Positions 36,436 to 44,920 of a stretch of DNA of 64,000 nucleotides are shown here, in pieces. The notes beneath the pieces are model-generated. The model had not been told where the DNA came from and searched no databases. It worked only from the letters and a program-made list of their open reading frames with translations. A program made the position numbers and the translations under genes. The stretch is from a virus, in the IMG/VR virus record IMGVR_UViG_3300018080_000009, positions 1-64,000 of that record; one strand, written 5' to 3'. The first letter of the stretch is position 1. Each line of letters starts with the position of its first letter.

Positions 36436-38718
36436 ATGGCAGGCAATACACCGAACGTAAGTTACACCAGTTTTGATTGGTCAAAGCTGAATGATTTGGT
36501 TGTGCTCCAGCAGGGAGTTCCGATTCCAGATAATGATTGGAATGAGGCGGATGCGATAGCTTTAGCCAATATGACCATGTTGATTGCCGATGTATTTGGT
36601 GATCTCCGAATACAGCCTCATTCTGGAGGCAAGTCTACGGGTTTGCCATACGGAATAGCTGAAGCTACTTCACCGTCATTGAATTTTGAAATTCAAGCTG
36701 GATGGGCTTTAGTCAAGGGTGTTTTGGTCCCTACAGTTATGGGAGACCCACCTACAGCGCATGATTATGAAGACGATACCAATTATATCTGTAGTGGTAC
36801 GATTACGACAGTTTCGTCTCCAAATATTACGGATACAGATAAGAATTGGACTACAGATTATAGTCTAGCAAACTGTCGTATGAAGATGACTTCGGGAGCT
36901 GAAAGTGGGAATACATTTACGATTGTTTCCAGAGTATCGGCAACAGAATTGCAACTTTCGAGTGTAGGTTCAATAGCTCCTACGGATACGTACATCATAA
37001 AGCCACCTGTTCTGACCACAGCAGGTTTGTTGGGAAGAACTGATGAAGTCTATCTAGCCGTATGGTGGGAAGACATCAATGAGAATGAAGATTCGTCCAT
37101 AGTAAATCCAGGTCTTGGTGTAGAAACTACTCACAGATCTAGACGTCGATGGTGTGTACGTGTTGCTGAAGGTGGGAGTACTCCGACATCGAGTACCAGG
37201 CATGGATTTGGTTTCCGTTATATGACATTGGCTACTCTTGTTAGAACGGGTCTGAATATCACTGAGGCCATGATTACGAATGAAGATAACATCCTTGGCC
37301 GAATAGACATGATTGGTCCAGATATTAAGACGTGGCTGGATGAGTATTATGCTGAGCCAGTAGCAATAGACCAAGCTGCTTTGACCCCAGCAGAAACTGG
37401 TACTCATACAGGTTTTAGTAGTTCAGATAATCTAGTTGATAGTACTAAGTCATGGACTACAGATGAATGGGTTGGTCGTACGATTGTAAATGTTACTGAT
37501 GGATTCACTGCTAGAATTACAGCAAATACGGCTACTGGTGCTACGACTGAGAATAAGAAGGGTGGTTCTGAACGTGATTGGGATAATGGAGATAGCTATC
37601 AGATCTTCGAGAATGAATTTCAGCTCACAGGAACTTTTTATGTAGGAAAAGGCCCGTCAGGTACTGCGGGAAGATATTTCTCAGCCAGAGATGCGAATGA
37701 TCCTGGTGAAGGTTTCTACGAAGGAGTTGTTCGTGGCAAAGGTAGTGGAGTTTATTTCGATGTGTATGATAGCACTAATACGACTCTTTTGAATCCTGCT
37801 GTAGATGCAGATGATAATGGATTCTATACAGATCCGTATCTCAGGGCTTATCGTGATGATCGTCCAGCTTCAAATTATGAAGCAGTTATCAATACTGGTA
37901 CAAAGATAGTCTGTTATCAGAGGAAAGCTCGAAATTTACTGTCTAATGAGCCAGCATATGCTTTCCCTCTAGCTGGATTGACTCAAGAGTGGATGGTGTG
38001 TTCCGGCATGGCCATGCGTCAGTTAGATGGAGATCCAGATACGATTTCAACTGGTGTTTTAGCTACAGTTCTTGAAGATTTGCTTGCGGTTGCGAATGAT
38101 CGTGTTCGCAAAGATTTGGCAGATACAATAACAGCTTCTCATACGTTTGATAGTGTTTCAGATAGTAAAGGCCAGCTTTGGGTATCAAAATGGGTAGGTA
38201 TGGAGGCGAGTACTCCATATGATGGATTTGGTACAGAATACTATCCAGATGCGACATCAAAATATGACTATTCAAATAATAATTTTGGATTCTTGTTAGA
38301 TGAAGTTGGGGATTTCGTTTTCTTCAGTGAATTTTTGCCCTCGGAGTATGAGTCTGGAGAACGTTTAGTTATTCATTCGTATTTCAGGCTGAAAAATGCA
38401 GAGACTGCTTCTAATAAGATTTATGCTCGATTGCATGCTGATATTTTTTCAGACCATGACACAGCTGCTTCTGTAAGTGATACTCGTTCTGTACCTCATA
38501 ACATCGGTAGTAATAATGCTGCGAATACCGTTCATGAAGTAATTTTCGTAGTGAATAATTCAAATCTACGTCCACTAGATGTATGTAAATTCAGGGTAAT
38601 GCTTTACGATGTGATCTCTGGAGATGCAGTCACAGAAGCGATATATCTTGGTTCCAGGGTTAGATATAGGGCCAACAAAATTGCTCAAGCGTTCACTTCC
38701 TGGCCATCAGAGGGTTAG
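36436..38718 (+). CDS. Tail fibre protein (N-terminus resembling eCIS fibre DUF6519-like proteins)
   Basis: VVLQQGVPIPDNDWNE, RTDEVYLAVW, ETTHR; repeated TDxxKxWTTD modules. Confidence 0.7.
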   Translation: MAGNTPNVSYTSFDWSKLNDLVVLQQGVPIPDNDWNEADAIALANMTMLIADVFGDLRIQPHSGGKSTGLPYGIAEATSPSLNFEIQAGWALVKGVLVPTVMGDPPTAHDYEDDTNYICSGTITTVSSPNITDTDKNWTTDYSLANCRMKMTSGAESGNTFTIVSRVSATELQLSSVGSIAPTDTYIIKPPVLTTAGLLGRTDEVYLAVWWEDINENEDSSIVNPGLGVETTHRSRRRWCVRVAEGGSTPTSSTRHGFGFRYMTLATLVRTGLNITEAMITNEDNILGRIDMIGPDIKTWLDEYYAEPVAIDQAALTPAETGTHTGFSSSDNLVDSTKSWTTDEWVGRTIVNVTDGFTARITANTATGATTENKKGGSERDWDNGDSYQIFENEFQLTGTFYVGKGPSGTAGRYFSARDANDPGEGFYEGVVRGKGSGVYFDVYDSTNTTLLNPAVDADDNGFYTDPYLRAYRDDRPASNYEAVINTGTKIVCYQRKARNLLSNEPAYAFPLAGLTQEWMVCSGMAMRQLDGDPDTISTGVLATVLEDLLAVANDRVRKDLADTITASHTFDSVSDSKGQLWVSKWVGMEASTPYDGFGTEYYPDATSKYDYSNNNFGFLLDEVGDFVFFSEFLPSEYESGERLVIHSYFRLKNAETASNKIYARLHADIFSDHDTAASVSDTRSVPHNIGSNNAANTVHEVIFVVNNSNLRPLDVCKFRVMLYDVISGDAVTEAIYLGSRVRYRANKIAQAFTSWPSEG

Positions 38719-38725
38719 TCAGTAG

Positions 38726-38754
38726 TTGTACCCTTCCGATCTTTAGTGTAAGCT
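38726..38754 (+). promoter_or_regulatory. Putative sigma70-type promoter
   Basis: TTGTAC, 17 nt spacer, TAAGCT, upstream of 38808. Confidence 0.4.
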
Positions 38755-38807
38755 TTAGTTATTACGCCATTGTCTCAGGCTAATGGGACGGAAGGAGGTT
38801 AGAGCGG

Positions 38808-39335
38808 ATGGGCCAGATGCTACGAAAACTGGACATCATTGCACTGACTGCAAGTAAATCTGCAGCAGACAAGCTCGCAGAATTTTTGCAGAATGCAAAA
38901 GCAGACATAGTGTCTGCAATCGCAGGTGATACGATTTATCATCAAGGGACTTTAGATGGGGACACGACCACATTAGCGGATGCCACAGTTCTGGCCTCTG
39001 TTATAGCCTTAGCGAATGAGCTCAAGGGTCTTTTGAATACTCACTTGCCTTCGACAGGTAATGGGGGTGTTCATAGAGCTGCCAGTGCGGAGGAAATCAC
39101 GTCTCCAGATGCAGACGATCAAGCAAGTGCGAATCTGCTTCTTAACGAAATGAAGGCAGATTACAACACGCATTTGTCGGAGTCTGGGGTTCACGTTAAT
39201 GATGATACGACCAATACAGTTACAGCAGCAAATGCAACTGATTTGGGTACATCAGTAACGTTAGTGAATGACATCAAGGCAGTTTACAATGCTCATGTTA
39301 TCGTGAGTATATCAATGGGCTTTATTCAGTCCTAG
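38808..39335 (+). CDS. Head fibre/decoration-like protein with three internal repeats
   Basis: DATVLASVIALANELKGLLNTH / DADDQASANLLLNEMKADYNTH / NATDLGTSVTLVNDIKAVYNAH. Confidence 0.6.
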   Translation: MGQMLRKLDIIALTASKSAADKLAEFLQNAKADIVSAIAGDTIYHQGTLDGDTTTLADATVLASVIALANELKGLLNTHLPSTGNGGVHRAASAEEITSPDADDQASANLLLNEMKADYNTHLSESGVHVNDDTTNTVTAANATDLGTSVTLVNDIKAVYNAHVIVSISMGFIQS

Positions 39336-39357
39336 AAGGTAAGGAAGGAGAAATAAA

Positions 39358-39747
39358 ATGGCAACTTTGCAAGTTGGTTACAACATTTTCAAAGCCCCGA
39401 CTCAGGCCGGGACAGATGATGGCACTCCGGGTGTTCTGCAGGCAGAAACCGCAGTAACCGGAAAGCACAAAGTCAGAGTTCAGAGAACTTCAGACAGCAA
39501 TTATTGGAATAATTCGACTCCAGGTTGGCAAGCTGGTGCTCCTGCCGAAGCTGATGAGCTGGATTTTGTGGGTTCTTATTCTCCCAGTGGAAGAGGAATC
39601 GAGAATTCAGTCCGCAGGTTGGAGATGAGATTGCCCCAAGCAGTTCTGGACGGTATTACCAGTGATGCAGCAATTCTAACTGTGTACGGAACTGGTCTTA
39701 CGCCAGCTGGTGGTAAGGCTATTACAGTAGATTTCGCTTCTCTGTAG
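39358..39747 (+). CDS. Hypothetical virion protein
   Basis: AAGGAG SD; VQRTSDSNYWN motif. Confidence 0.6.
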   Translation: MATLQVGYNIFKAPTQAGTDDGTPGVLQAETAVTGKHKVRVQRTSDSNYWNNSTPGWQAGAPAEADELDFVGSYSPSGRGIENSVRRLEMRLPQAVLDGITSDAAILTVYGTGLTPAGGKAITVDFASL

Positions 39748-39801
39748 ACATTCTGTAAGTTAGACATTCCTTAGACATTCTTTTAGACATTTCTAGACAT
39801 T
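39745..39801 (+). repeat. Five direct copies of TAGACATT
   Basis: Copies start at 39745, 39761, 39772, 39784 and 39794. Confidence 0.85.
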
Positions 39802-39843
39802 TGTCCGATAATAGGTGTGTAATTTCAGCAGGAAGGATGGGCT

Positions 39844-40119
39844 ATGGCTGAGAAGAAAAAGAAACAAGTCACAAGGGGTGGTAAGCTATCCCAAGCTACG
39901 AGGAAGCAAATTAGTAATAGGGAAGACATGCCTGCATCGGCTTTTTTGGTTCCGAGTGAAAAGAAATATCCGGTCAAGAAAAAGAATCCAAAGACAGGAA
40001 GATGGGAATTTGATCCGAATCTGTTATTAGCTGCAAAGAGGAGAGCAGTTACCCAGAGAGATCCTGCCATAGCTTCCAAAGCAGGAGCTTTATTGACCAG
40101 AGTTACAGGAAAGAAGTAA
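39844..40119 (+). CDS. Small basic phage protein (DUF6582-like motif)
   Basis: REDMPASAFLVPSEKKYPV. Confidence 0.6.
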   Translation: MAEKKKKQVTRGGKLSQATRKQISNREDMPASAFLVPSEKKYPVKKKNPKTGRWEFDPNLLLAAKRRAVTQRDPAIASKAGALLTRVTGKK

Positions 40120-40167
40120 TTTTTCGATAATTCTTGTGTTAGACTATCTTGTAGTGGATACTAGGTG

Positions 40168-40275
40168 TGTCCTGAAGATTTGAGTGGGCCAATGATTACC
40201 AGCCGATTTGGAATAATCTTGATGAGTCCTCATCGCCCCAAGAAGGATTGTTCTGTCACTTAAATCTTCGGGATA
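40168..40275 (+). ncRNA. Putative structured RNA or 5' leader (~108 nt)
   Basis: 20-bp closing stem 40168-40187/40256-40275 in which all four non-Watson-Crick pairs are G-U; inner stems present; starts just after GATACT (40157-40162). Confidence 0.5.
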
Positions 40276-40291
40276 GCTTTTAAAGGAGGAA

Positions 40292-40666
40292 ATGATGGAA
40301 GAGACATGGACGTTCGTACAAGAGAAGTTGTTGGTTCATTGGCCATTTTTGGCATTCGTCATTGTGAATTCAGTTCTTGCCCAGATTTTGAAGACACAAG
40401 TTCTGACTAAGGACCTCGCAGCCAAAAGCAAGACCGTCTTCTGGCTCCGTAGAGTCATGCCTTTACTTCTCATACTCCTGGGCCTAATAGTCGGGGTACT
40501 GTGGCCTGGAAGCCCGTCTCCAGGGGTTACAGAGCCCATGCACAAGGCTTGGTACTTCATGGGAGCTGCTTGTGTGTCGATAGCTGGGTACAATGCTTTC
40601 CGAAATTGGATAAAAAGGAAGTACGACATTGATCTTGGAAGTAATACTGAACCACCTAAGGGTTAG
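40292..40666 (+). CDS. Putative holin (three TM segments)
   Basis: Three hydrophobic helices, basic C-terminus, MM start, AAGGAGG SD. Confidence 0.55.
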   Translation: MMEETWTFVQEKLLVHWPFLAFVIVNSVLAQILKTQVLTKDLAAKSKTVFWLRRVMPLLLILLGLIVGVLWPGSPSPGVTEPMHKAWYFMGAACVSIAGYNAFRNWIKRKYDIDLGSNTEPPKG

Positions 40667-40673
40667 TCACTGC

Positions 40674-40702
40674 TTGACAAAACCTTAAGTATATATTAAT
40701 TT
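40674..40702 (+). promoter_or_regulatory. Sigma70-type promoter (TTGACAAAAC family)
   Basis: TTGACA, 17 nt spacer, TAATTT; the same TTGACAAAAC core occurs at 51304 and 60556. Confidence 0.65.
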
Positions 40703-40753
40703 CTCCTCATGCCTTATTTTCGGGGCAAATTTTCCATAGAAGTAGGTATGTAA

Positions 40754-41233
40754 ATGGTGACGAAAGCCCTAAGAGGTGCACCGGTACCACGTGACAAGGC
40801 TGAGAATATTGGCCAAGATTTCATGATCAATTGCCCAACGTCTTGGTCTTTTGCTGGTTCCATTCGAAGGAAGAAAGAAGAAGTAGGGAATATTGATATT
40901 GTGGCAATCCGTGGAGATTGGATACTTGAGTGGTTACTCATAAAGTTTGGCATGTCAGTAAAGGATACTCCAAAGACTTATGGAAAAGTAGAGGGTGTGT
41001 ACATAGATGTCTATTTGGCTGAAGATGAAGATTGGGGATCTCAGATCCTACGATGGACAGGACCAAGATCTTTCAATTCCAAATTACAGCTTAGAGCCAA
41101 GCATAGGGATCTTGTTTTAAATCAATATGGTCTGTTTAGCATCCGTGACAGGAAAATGATTGCCGGCCAGACTGAAGAAGGAATATTCCAAGCATTAGGG
41201 ATGTCTTGGATCCGACCAGAGGATAGGGAATAA
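40754..41233 (+). CDS. polX: Minimal family X DNA polymerase-like protein (palm and thumb only)
   Basis: AGSIRRKKEEVGNIDIV, IDVY, WTGPRSFN, LNQYGLF, TEEGIFQALGMSWIRPEDRE. Confidence 0.85.
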   Translation: MVTKALRGAPVPRDKAENIGQDFMINCPTSWSFAGSIRRKKEEVGNIDIVAIRGDWILEWLLIKFGMSVKDTPKTYGKVEGVYIDVYLAEDEDWGSQILRWTGPRSFNSKLQLRAKHRDLVLNQYGLFSIRDRKMIAGQTEEGIFQALGMSWIRPEDRE

Positions 41234-41667
41234 TGAGATTATGGCATCAGTCATTGATACCTTTTCTTCCTAGACAGCAGCTTTTAGGGCAGCATAGAGA
41301 ATGCTGTGCTCTTAGGGGAAATGGGTGGGACAAGAAACATTCGACTGTAGATTATGCTTTTAAGTATTCTCCGTTTCGGTTGTTTGAGTTTCATCTTGTT
41401 GTCATGTATGAGATGTTGAATCGTAATTATAATGTTGAAGCTGCTTGGTTCAGTCCATATTACCGCGGAAAGAATTGTTATCCGTGGTTACCCAGAGAAT
41501 GTTGGGCTGCTGATGGTGCTTGGATAGGGCCAGGTAAAACGGTTTATTTAGAACATGATGATGAGTACCTTAAAGAATGTTTAGAGAATCTTAAAGGTAA
41601 AGGGATAAATATTTGTGCTGCTGAATTAGAGGACAATAATGAGATCCAGATTCAGGATGTGGGATAA
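41233..41667 (+). CDS. Pyrimidine-dimer DNA glycosylase/endonuclease V family (TIGR02328-like)
   Basis: MRLWHQSLIPFLPRQQLLGQHRECCALRGNGW...HSTVDY...EHDDEYLKECLENL. Confidence 0.85.
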   Translation: MRLWHQSLIPFLPRQQLLGQHRECCALRGNGWDKKHSTVDYAFKYSPFRLFEFHLVVMYEMLNRNYNVEAAWFSPYYRGKNCYPWLPRECWAADGAWIGPGKTVYLEHDDEYLKECLENLKGKGINICAAELEDNNEIQIQDVG

Positions 41668-41941
41668 GACCTTTGGTATCAAAGCTGCTGATAAGACTCC
41701 TTTGCAGAAGGAGCATCGAGCACAGCTTAGAATTCCTTATTGGGATTGTGAAGAAAACTATGAATTCAATTTTTTACCGAAACCCAAGGAGAGGGAGAAG
41801 ATTCGGTGTGAAATAGAAGTTATTTATACCAGTAGAATTGAATATGTTTCAGAAACAAATTCCAGTACAGTACCAACATGTACAGAGGGATATCCGATTT
41901 ATAGGTATGCCCAAGATGTGACTATTGGAGCAACAGTGTAG
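41639..41941 (+). CDS. Hypothetical protein
   Basis: GAGG SD; packed between neighbours. Confidence 0.5.
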   Translation: MRSRFRMWDKTFGIKAADKTPLQKEHRAQLRIPYWDCEENYEFNFLPKPKEREKIRCEIEVIYTSRIEYVSETNSSTVPTCTEGYPIYRYAQDVTIGATV

Positions 41942-41949
41942 GAGTAGAT

Positions 41950-42270
41950 ATGAATTTATTTGAGTTGCAGGTTCGTATTCATGATATTGCCAAAGCTCAT
42001 GGGTGGTGGGAAGAACCCTGTGAAGATGGTACGCTTATATCTCTAATGCATGCTGAACTTTCTGAAGCTCTTGAGTGGCTGAGGAAAGACCCAGAAGCTA
42101 AGTCAGATCACATCCCAGAATTTTTAGGTGTAGAGGAGGAATTAGCTGACTGTATTATTCGTATTTTAGACTTCGCTGGAGCCAAGAGGCTAAAGGTTAT
42201 TGGAGCTATGTTGGCTAAGATACAGTTCAATGATACACGTTCTTATAGGCATGGTGAGAAGAGATTTTAA
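41950..42270 (+). CDS. MazG-like nucleotide pyrophosphohydrolase
   Basis: LMHAELSEALEWLRK...EEELADCIIRILD...NDTRSYRHG. Confidence 0.85.
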   Translation: MNLFELQVRIHDIAKAHGWWEEPCEDGTLISLMHAELSEALEWLRKDPEAKSDHIPEFLGVEEELADCIIRILDFAGAKRLKVIGAMLAKIQFNDTRSYRHGEKRF

Positions 42271-42278
42271 CTGATTTC

Positions 42279-42376
42279 TTTACATCAAGGATTTAATACT
42301 CTATTATCACCGAATCATTTCATTCTAAGAGCAATAAGAATGATGTGGTTGCAAGGAAGAGGAAACATGTTATTAT
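42279..42376 (+). promoter_or_regulatory. Two tandem sigma70-like promoters upstream of the replication initiator
   Basis: TTTACA(42279)-17-TATTAT(42302) and TTGCAA(42349)-16-TATTAT(42371) with a TG extension. Confidence 0.5.
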
Positions 42377-42380
42377 CTCC

Positions 42381-42456
42381 AGACCCTATCGTATCTGTTA
42401 ATAGTTTATCCATTCCTTTTCCGCTATTAATAGATGATGCTCCGGTAGGGTTTTTT
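42381..42456 (+). terminator. Long hairpin plus U-tract (terminator/attenuator) in the initiator leader
   Basis: 42381-42404 pairs with 42424-42453 (24 bp, one 6-nt bulge), ending in TTTTTT at 42451-42456. Confidence 0.55.
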
Positions 42457-42479
42457 ATTCTCAAAATTCGGAGGATATC

Positions 42480-43418
42480 GTGTCAGATCTAGAGATGATC
42501 TTGTCGAATCCACAGCTCAATGACCGAGAAGTCAGGATATTGATGATCATATATTTGAGGCAAGAAGATGGAGAGTTTGTCACCAGATCTCAGATTTCAG
42601 AGAAAACAGGGATCAGCATTTCAACTGTTCAGAGATGTATCAAGTCACTTCGTGAGAGAGATTTGATTCATGTAACTAGGTGTAGCTCACAGAATTGGTT
42701 CCACGATCTAGGCCCAGTACTGGAGAGAATACGTTCTGTGCCCATTCAACATGGTGACCGGGCAGAACCGATGGAAAAATCTTGTCTGACCATTCAACAT
42801 GGTGACCATTCACAGCCTATTAGAGATATATCTATTATTAAGAACATTGAGAGTGGAGAAATAAACTATAGAGATAACGTATGTTTCTCCGAAGGAGAAA
42901 CCCCCATGCGCGTGAAGAATAAGAATAAAAATCTAAGAAAAATCATTTCGGATGAAGAGACTTCTTTCCAGAAAAAGAAAGAAGAGAAGCAGAAAAAGAG
43001 GATTGTTGAAGGTGGGGGTAAAGAACGTACAGTAGCCAAGAGTAACCAGAAGATCAGCTTTGAATCCAAAGAACCTTCGGAATACAATGGCAACGATTTG
43101 TATTATCTTATCCAGAAATTATGGAGGAGAAACAGATGGAGGGGGAATCCTACGCCATTCACCAGGAAAGATAGAAAACAAGCCAAAGGATTAATAGAGG
43201 AGCAGAGCCCAGAAATAGTTGTGGAGTATTTTCAGTATGTGTTCAATAATTGGAATGACATCAGCCGGAGGTACAGATTTAAGGGCATGCCCAGTTTAGG
43301 ACTGCTATATGGATTCAGACGACAGCTTCTTCCAGAGGCTTTGAATCAAACTGAAGTAGCAGTAGGTTGGGGAGCAGAATACACAGGTTCCCAGGAAGAT
43401 CCTGACGCTTGGGAATAG
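42480..43418 (+). CDS. Replication initiator-like protein with N-terminal winged HTH
   Basis: TRSQISEKTGISISTVQRCIKSLRERDLI; internal direct repeats; DnaC-like gene nearby. Confidence 0.7.
   Translation: MSDLEMILSNPQLNDREVRILMIIYLRQEDGEFVTRSQISEKTGISISTVQRCIKSLRERDLIHVTRCSSQNWFHDLGPVLERIRSVPIQHGDRAEPMEKSCLTIQHGDHSQPIRDISIIKNIESGEINYRDNVCFSEGETPMRVKNKNKNLRKIISDEETSFQKKKEEKQKKRIVEGGGKERTVAKSNQKISFESKEPSEYNGNDLYYLIQKLWRRNRWRGNPTPFTRKDRKQAKGLIEEQSPEIVVEYFQYVFNNWNDISRRYRFKGMPSLGLLYGFRRQLLPEALNQTEVAVGWGAEYTGSQEDPDAWE
42742..42807 (+). repeat. 18-bp direct repeat CCATTCAACATGGTGACC x2 inside the initiator gene
   Basis: Exact copies at 42742-42759 and 42790-42807. Confidence 0.8.
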
Positions 43419-43431
43419 AAAGGCAAGAGAA

Positions 43432-43869
43432 ATGGGATTGAGTAAAGCTACGCTAGAAAGATGCAAGCATCTGACTATTGTTACAAACGAGGATGGAAGC
43501 TTTCAGATCACCGTTACAGATCCGAGATTTGATCACAGGGTTATGGATACTTATCGTGCACGTACACCGGTAGACTGTGAGAGAGTAAAACGTGCATGGA
43601 CAGTTAAGTTCAATATTCCGAAGGAACTTGTTTTTGACAAGACCAAGGAAGATCCCTCAGAATACGAGAACATGAAAGATACATCTCCAGGAATTAAGAG
43701 ACCAAGCCAAGTTCCAGATGAGAATTCAGATGATACATTGAATATTAAGTTACCGAAATCTGGTGAAGGGGGGATGTCAACGCCCACAAATGTTGATTAT
43801 GAGAAAGGTACGGTTGAAGAAGTAGTTGAGGTTGAAGATGAAGCCGATATTCGGAGTGAGACTGAATAA
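43432..43869 (+). CDS. Hypothetical protein
   Basis: 145-aa ORF with acidic tail. Confidence 0.65.
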   Translation: MGLSKATLERCKHLTIVTNEDGSFQITVTDPRFDHRVMDTYRARTPVDCERVKRAWTVKFNIPKELVFDKTKEDPSEYENMKDTSPGIKRPSQVPDENSDDTLNIKLPKSGEGGMSTPTNVDYEKGTVEEVVEVEDEADIRSETE

Positions 43870-43944
43870 GTTTGGTCTAAGTTGGAAGGAATATTTGGTT
43901 CTAGGTGGAGTAGTCATAATACTAGTCCTTTTATGGAGGAAAGA

Positions 43945-44319
43945 ATGGCAGAAGTCCATTGGTCAATCAAAGAATTAGATGATCAACTTTATACCTATAA
44001 GGCCAATGTTGTTCGTGTTGTAGATGGAGATACTTTAGTACTCGACATAGATTTAGGCCGACATATTTGGGACCATGGTGTGAGGTTGAGAGTATTGAAT
44101 ATCAATACTCCAGAACCTCGTGGTGATACTAAGGCTGAGGGTTTAGCTGCTAGTGAGCGTACAAGACAATTGGTGGAGTCTTCGAATAACAAGGTATATG
44201 TGAAGACTCGTAAGGACGACAGCTTTGGTAGAGGATTGGGAGAGGTCATTCTCAGCAATGGAATGAGTCTAGGTGAGGTTCTTTTAGAAGAGGGATTTGC
44301 AGTCCCGTATATGAAGTAA
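43945..44319 (+). CDS. Thermonuclease (SNase-like)
   Basis: YKANVVRVVDGDT, RLRVLNINTPE, DSFGRGLGEV, LLEEGFAVPY. Confidence 0.88.
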   Translation: MAEVHWSIKELDDQLYTYKANVVRVVDGDTLVLDIDLGRHIWDHGVRLRVLNINTPEPRGDTKAEGLAASERTRQLVESSNNKVYVKTRKDDSFGRGLGEVILSNGMSLGEVLLEEGFAVPYMK

Positions 44320-44321
44320 AC

Positions 44322-44909
44322 ATGCCAATAGAACTAAGTAAGAAGCATCTTTTGTACATGAATATCGGAGAGAACTTCTGGGGAGCTTCTCTTGAGAAGT
44401 TTAATCATGCCCAGAATGATGCAGTAAAAGTTTATTTGTCTGATATTGAGCAGAATATTTCCAAAGGTAAGGGATTGTTTATCTGGGGGAATAATAGCGT
44501 TGGGAAGAGTTTTGTTTCTGCAGCAGTGTGCAAACATGTTTGGAAAGAGTTTCGAGTAGCTTCATATTGTGTTTTGTCCACAGAATTGGCGGAAGCATGG
44601 CTTCCGAATTCATTCTTTCCAGCACACGAAGATTCAGATGAGCTGATGGTTGATAGAATAGAAGACATTAGGTTTTTGGTTATTGATGACATTGGCAAGG
44701 AACACAGGGCAGGAACCGGATATTTTGAGACGAAGCTTGGAGCTTTGTTGAGATATAGAGCTCGGCATAAGAGGGTAACGTTTCTTACAGCCAATATGGG
44801 TCCAATAGATTTTGGCAAGATTTATGGAGCTTCAGCAGCGCAATTGGCAATGGAATGTATGAGGCCACGTGAATTAAAAGGACCTAACATGAGAAAAGGC
44901 AGAATCTAG
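44322..44909 (+). CDS. DnaC/IstB-like AAA+ ATPase (helicase loader)
   Basis: GLFIWGNNSVGKS Walker A; FLVIDDIGKE Walker B; TFLTAN. Confidence 0.85.
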   Translation: MPIELSKKHLLYMNIGENFWGASLEKFNHAQNDAVKVYLSDIEQNISKGKGLFIWGNNSVGKSFVSAAVCKHVWKEFRVASYCVLSTELAEAWLPNSFFPAHEDSDELMVDRIEDIRFLVIDDIGKEHRAGTGYFETKLGALLRYRARHKRVTFLTANMGPIDFGKIYGASAAQLAMECMRPRELKGPNMRKGRI

Positions 44910-44920
44910 AAGGAGATGAC

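Noticed and set aside
39745-39801. CRISPR array
   Set aside because: Repeats are 8 bp with 2-8 nt gaps; no spacers and no cas genes.
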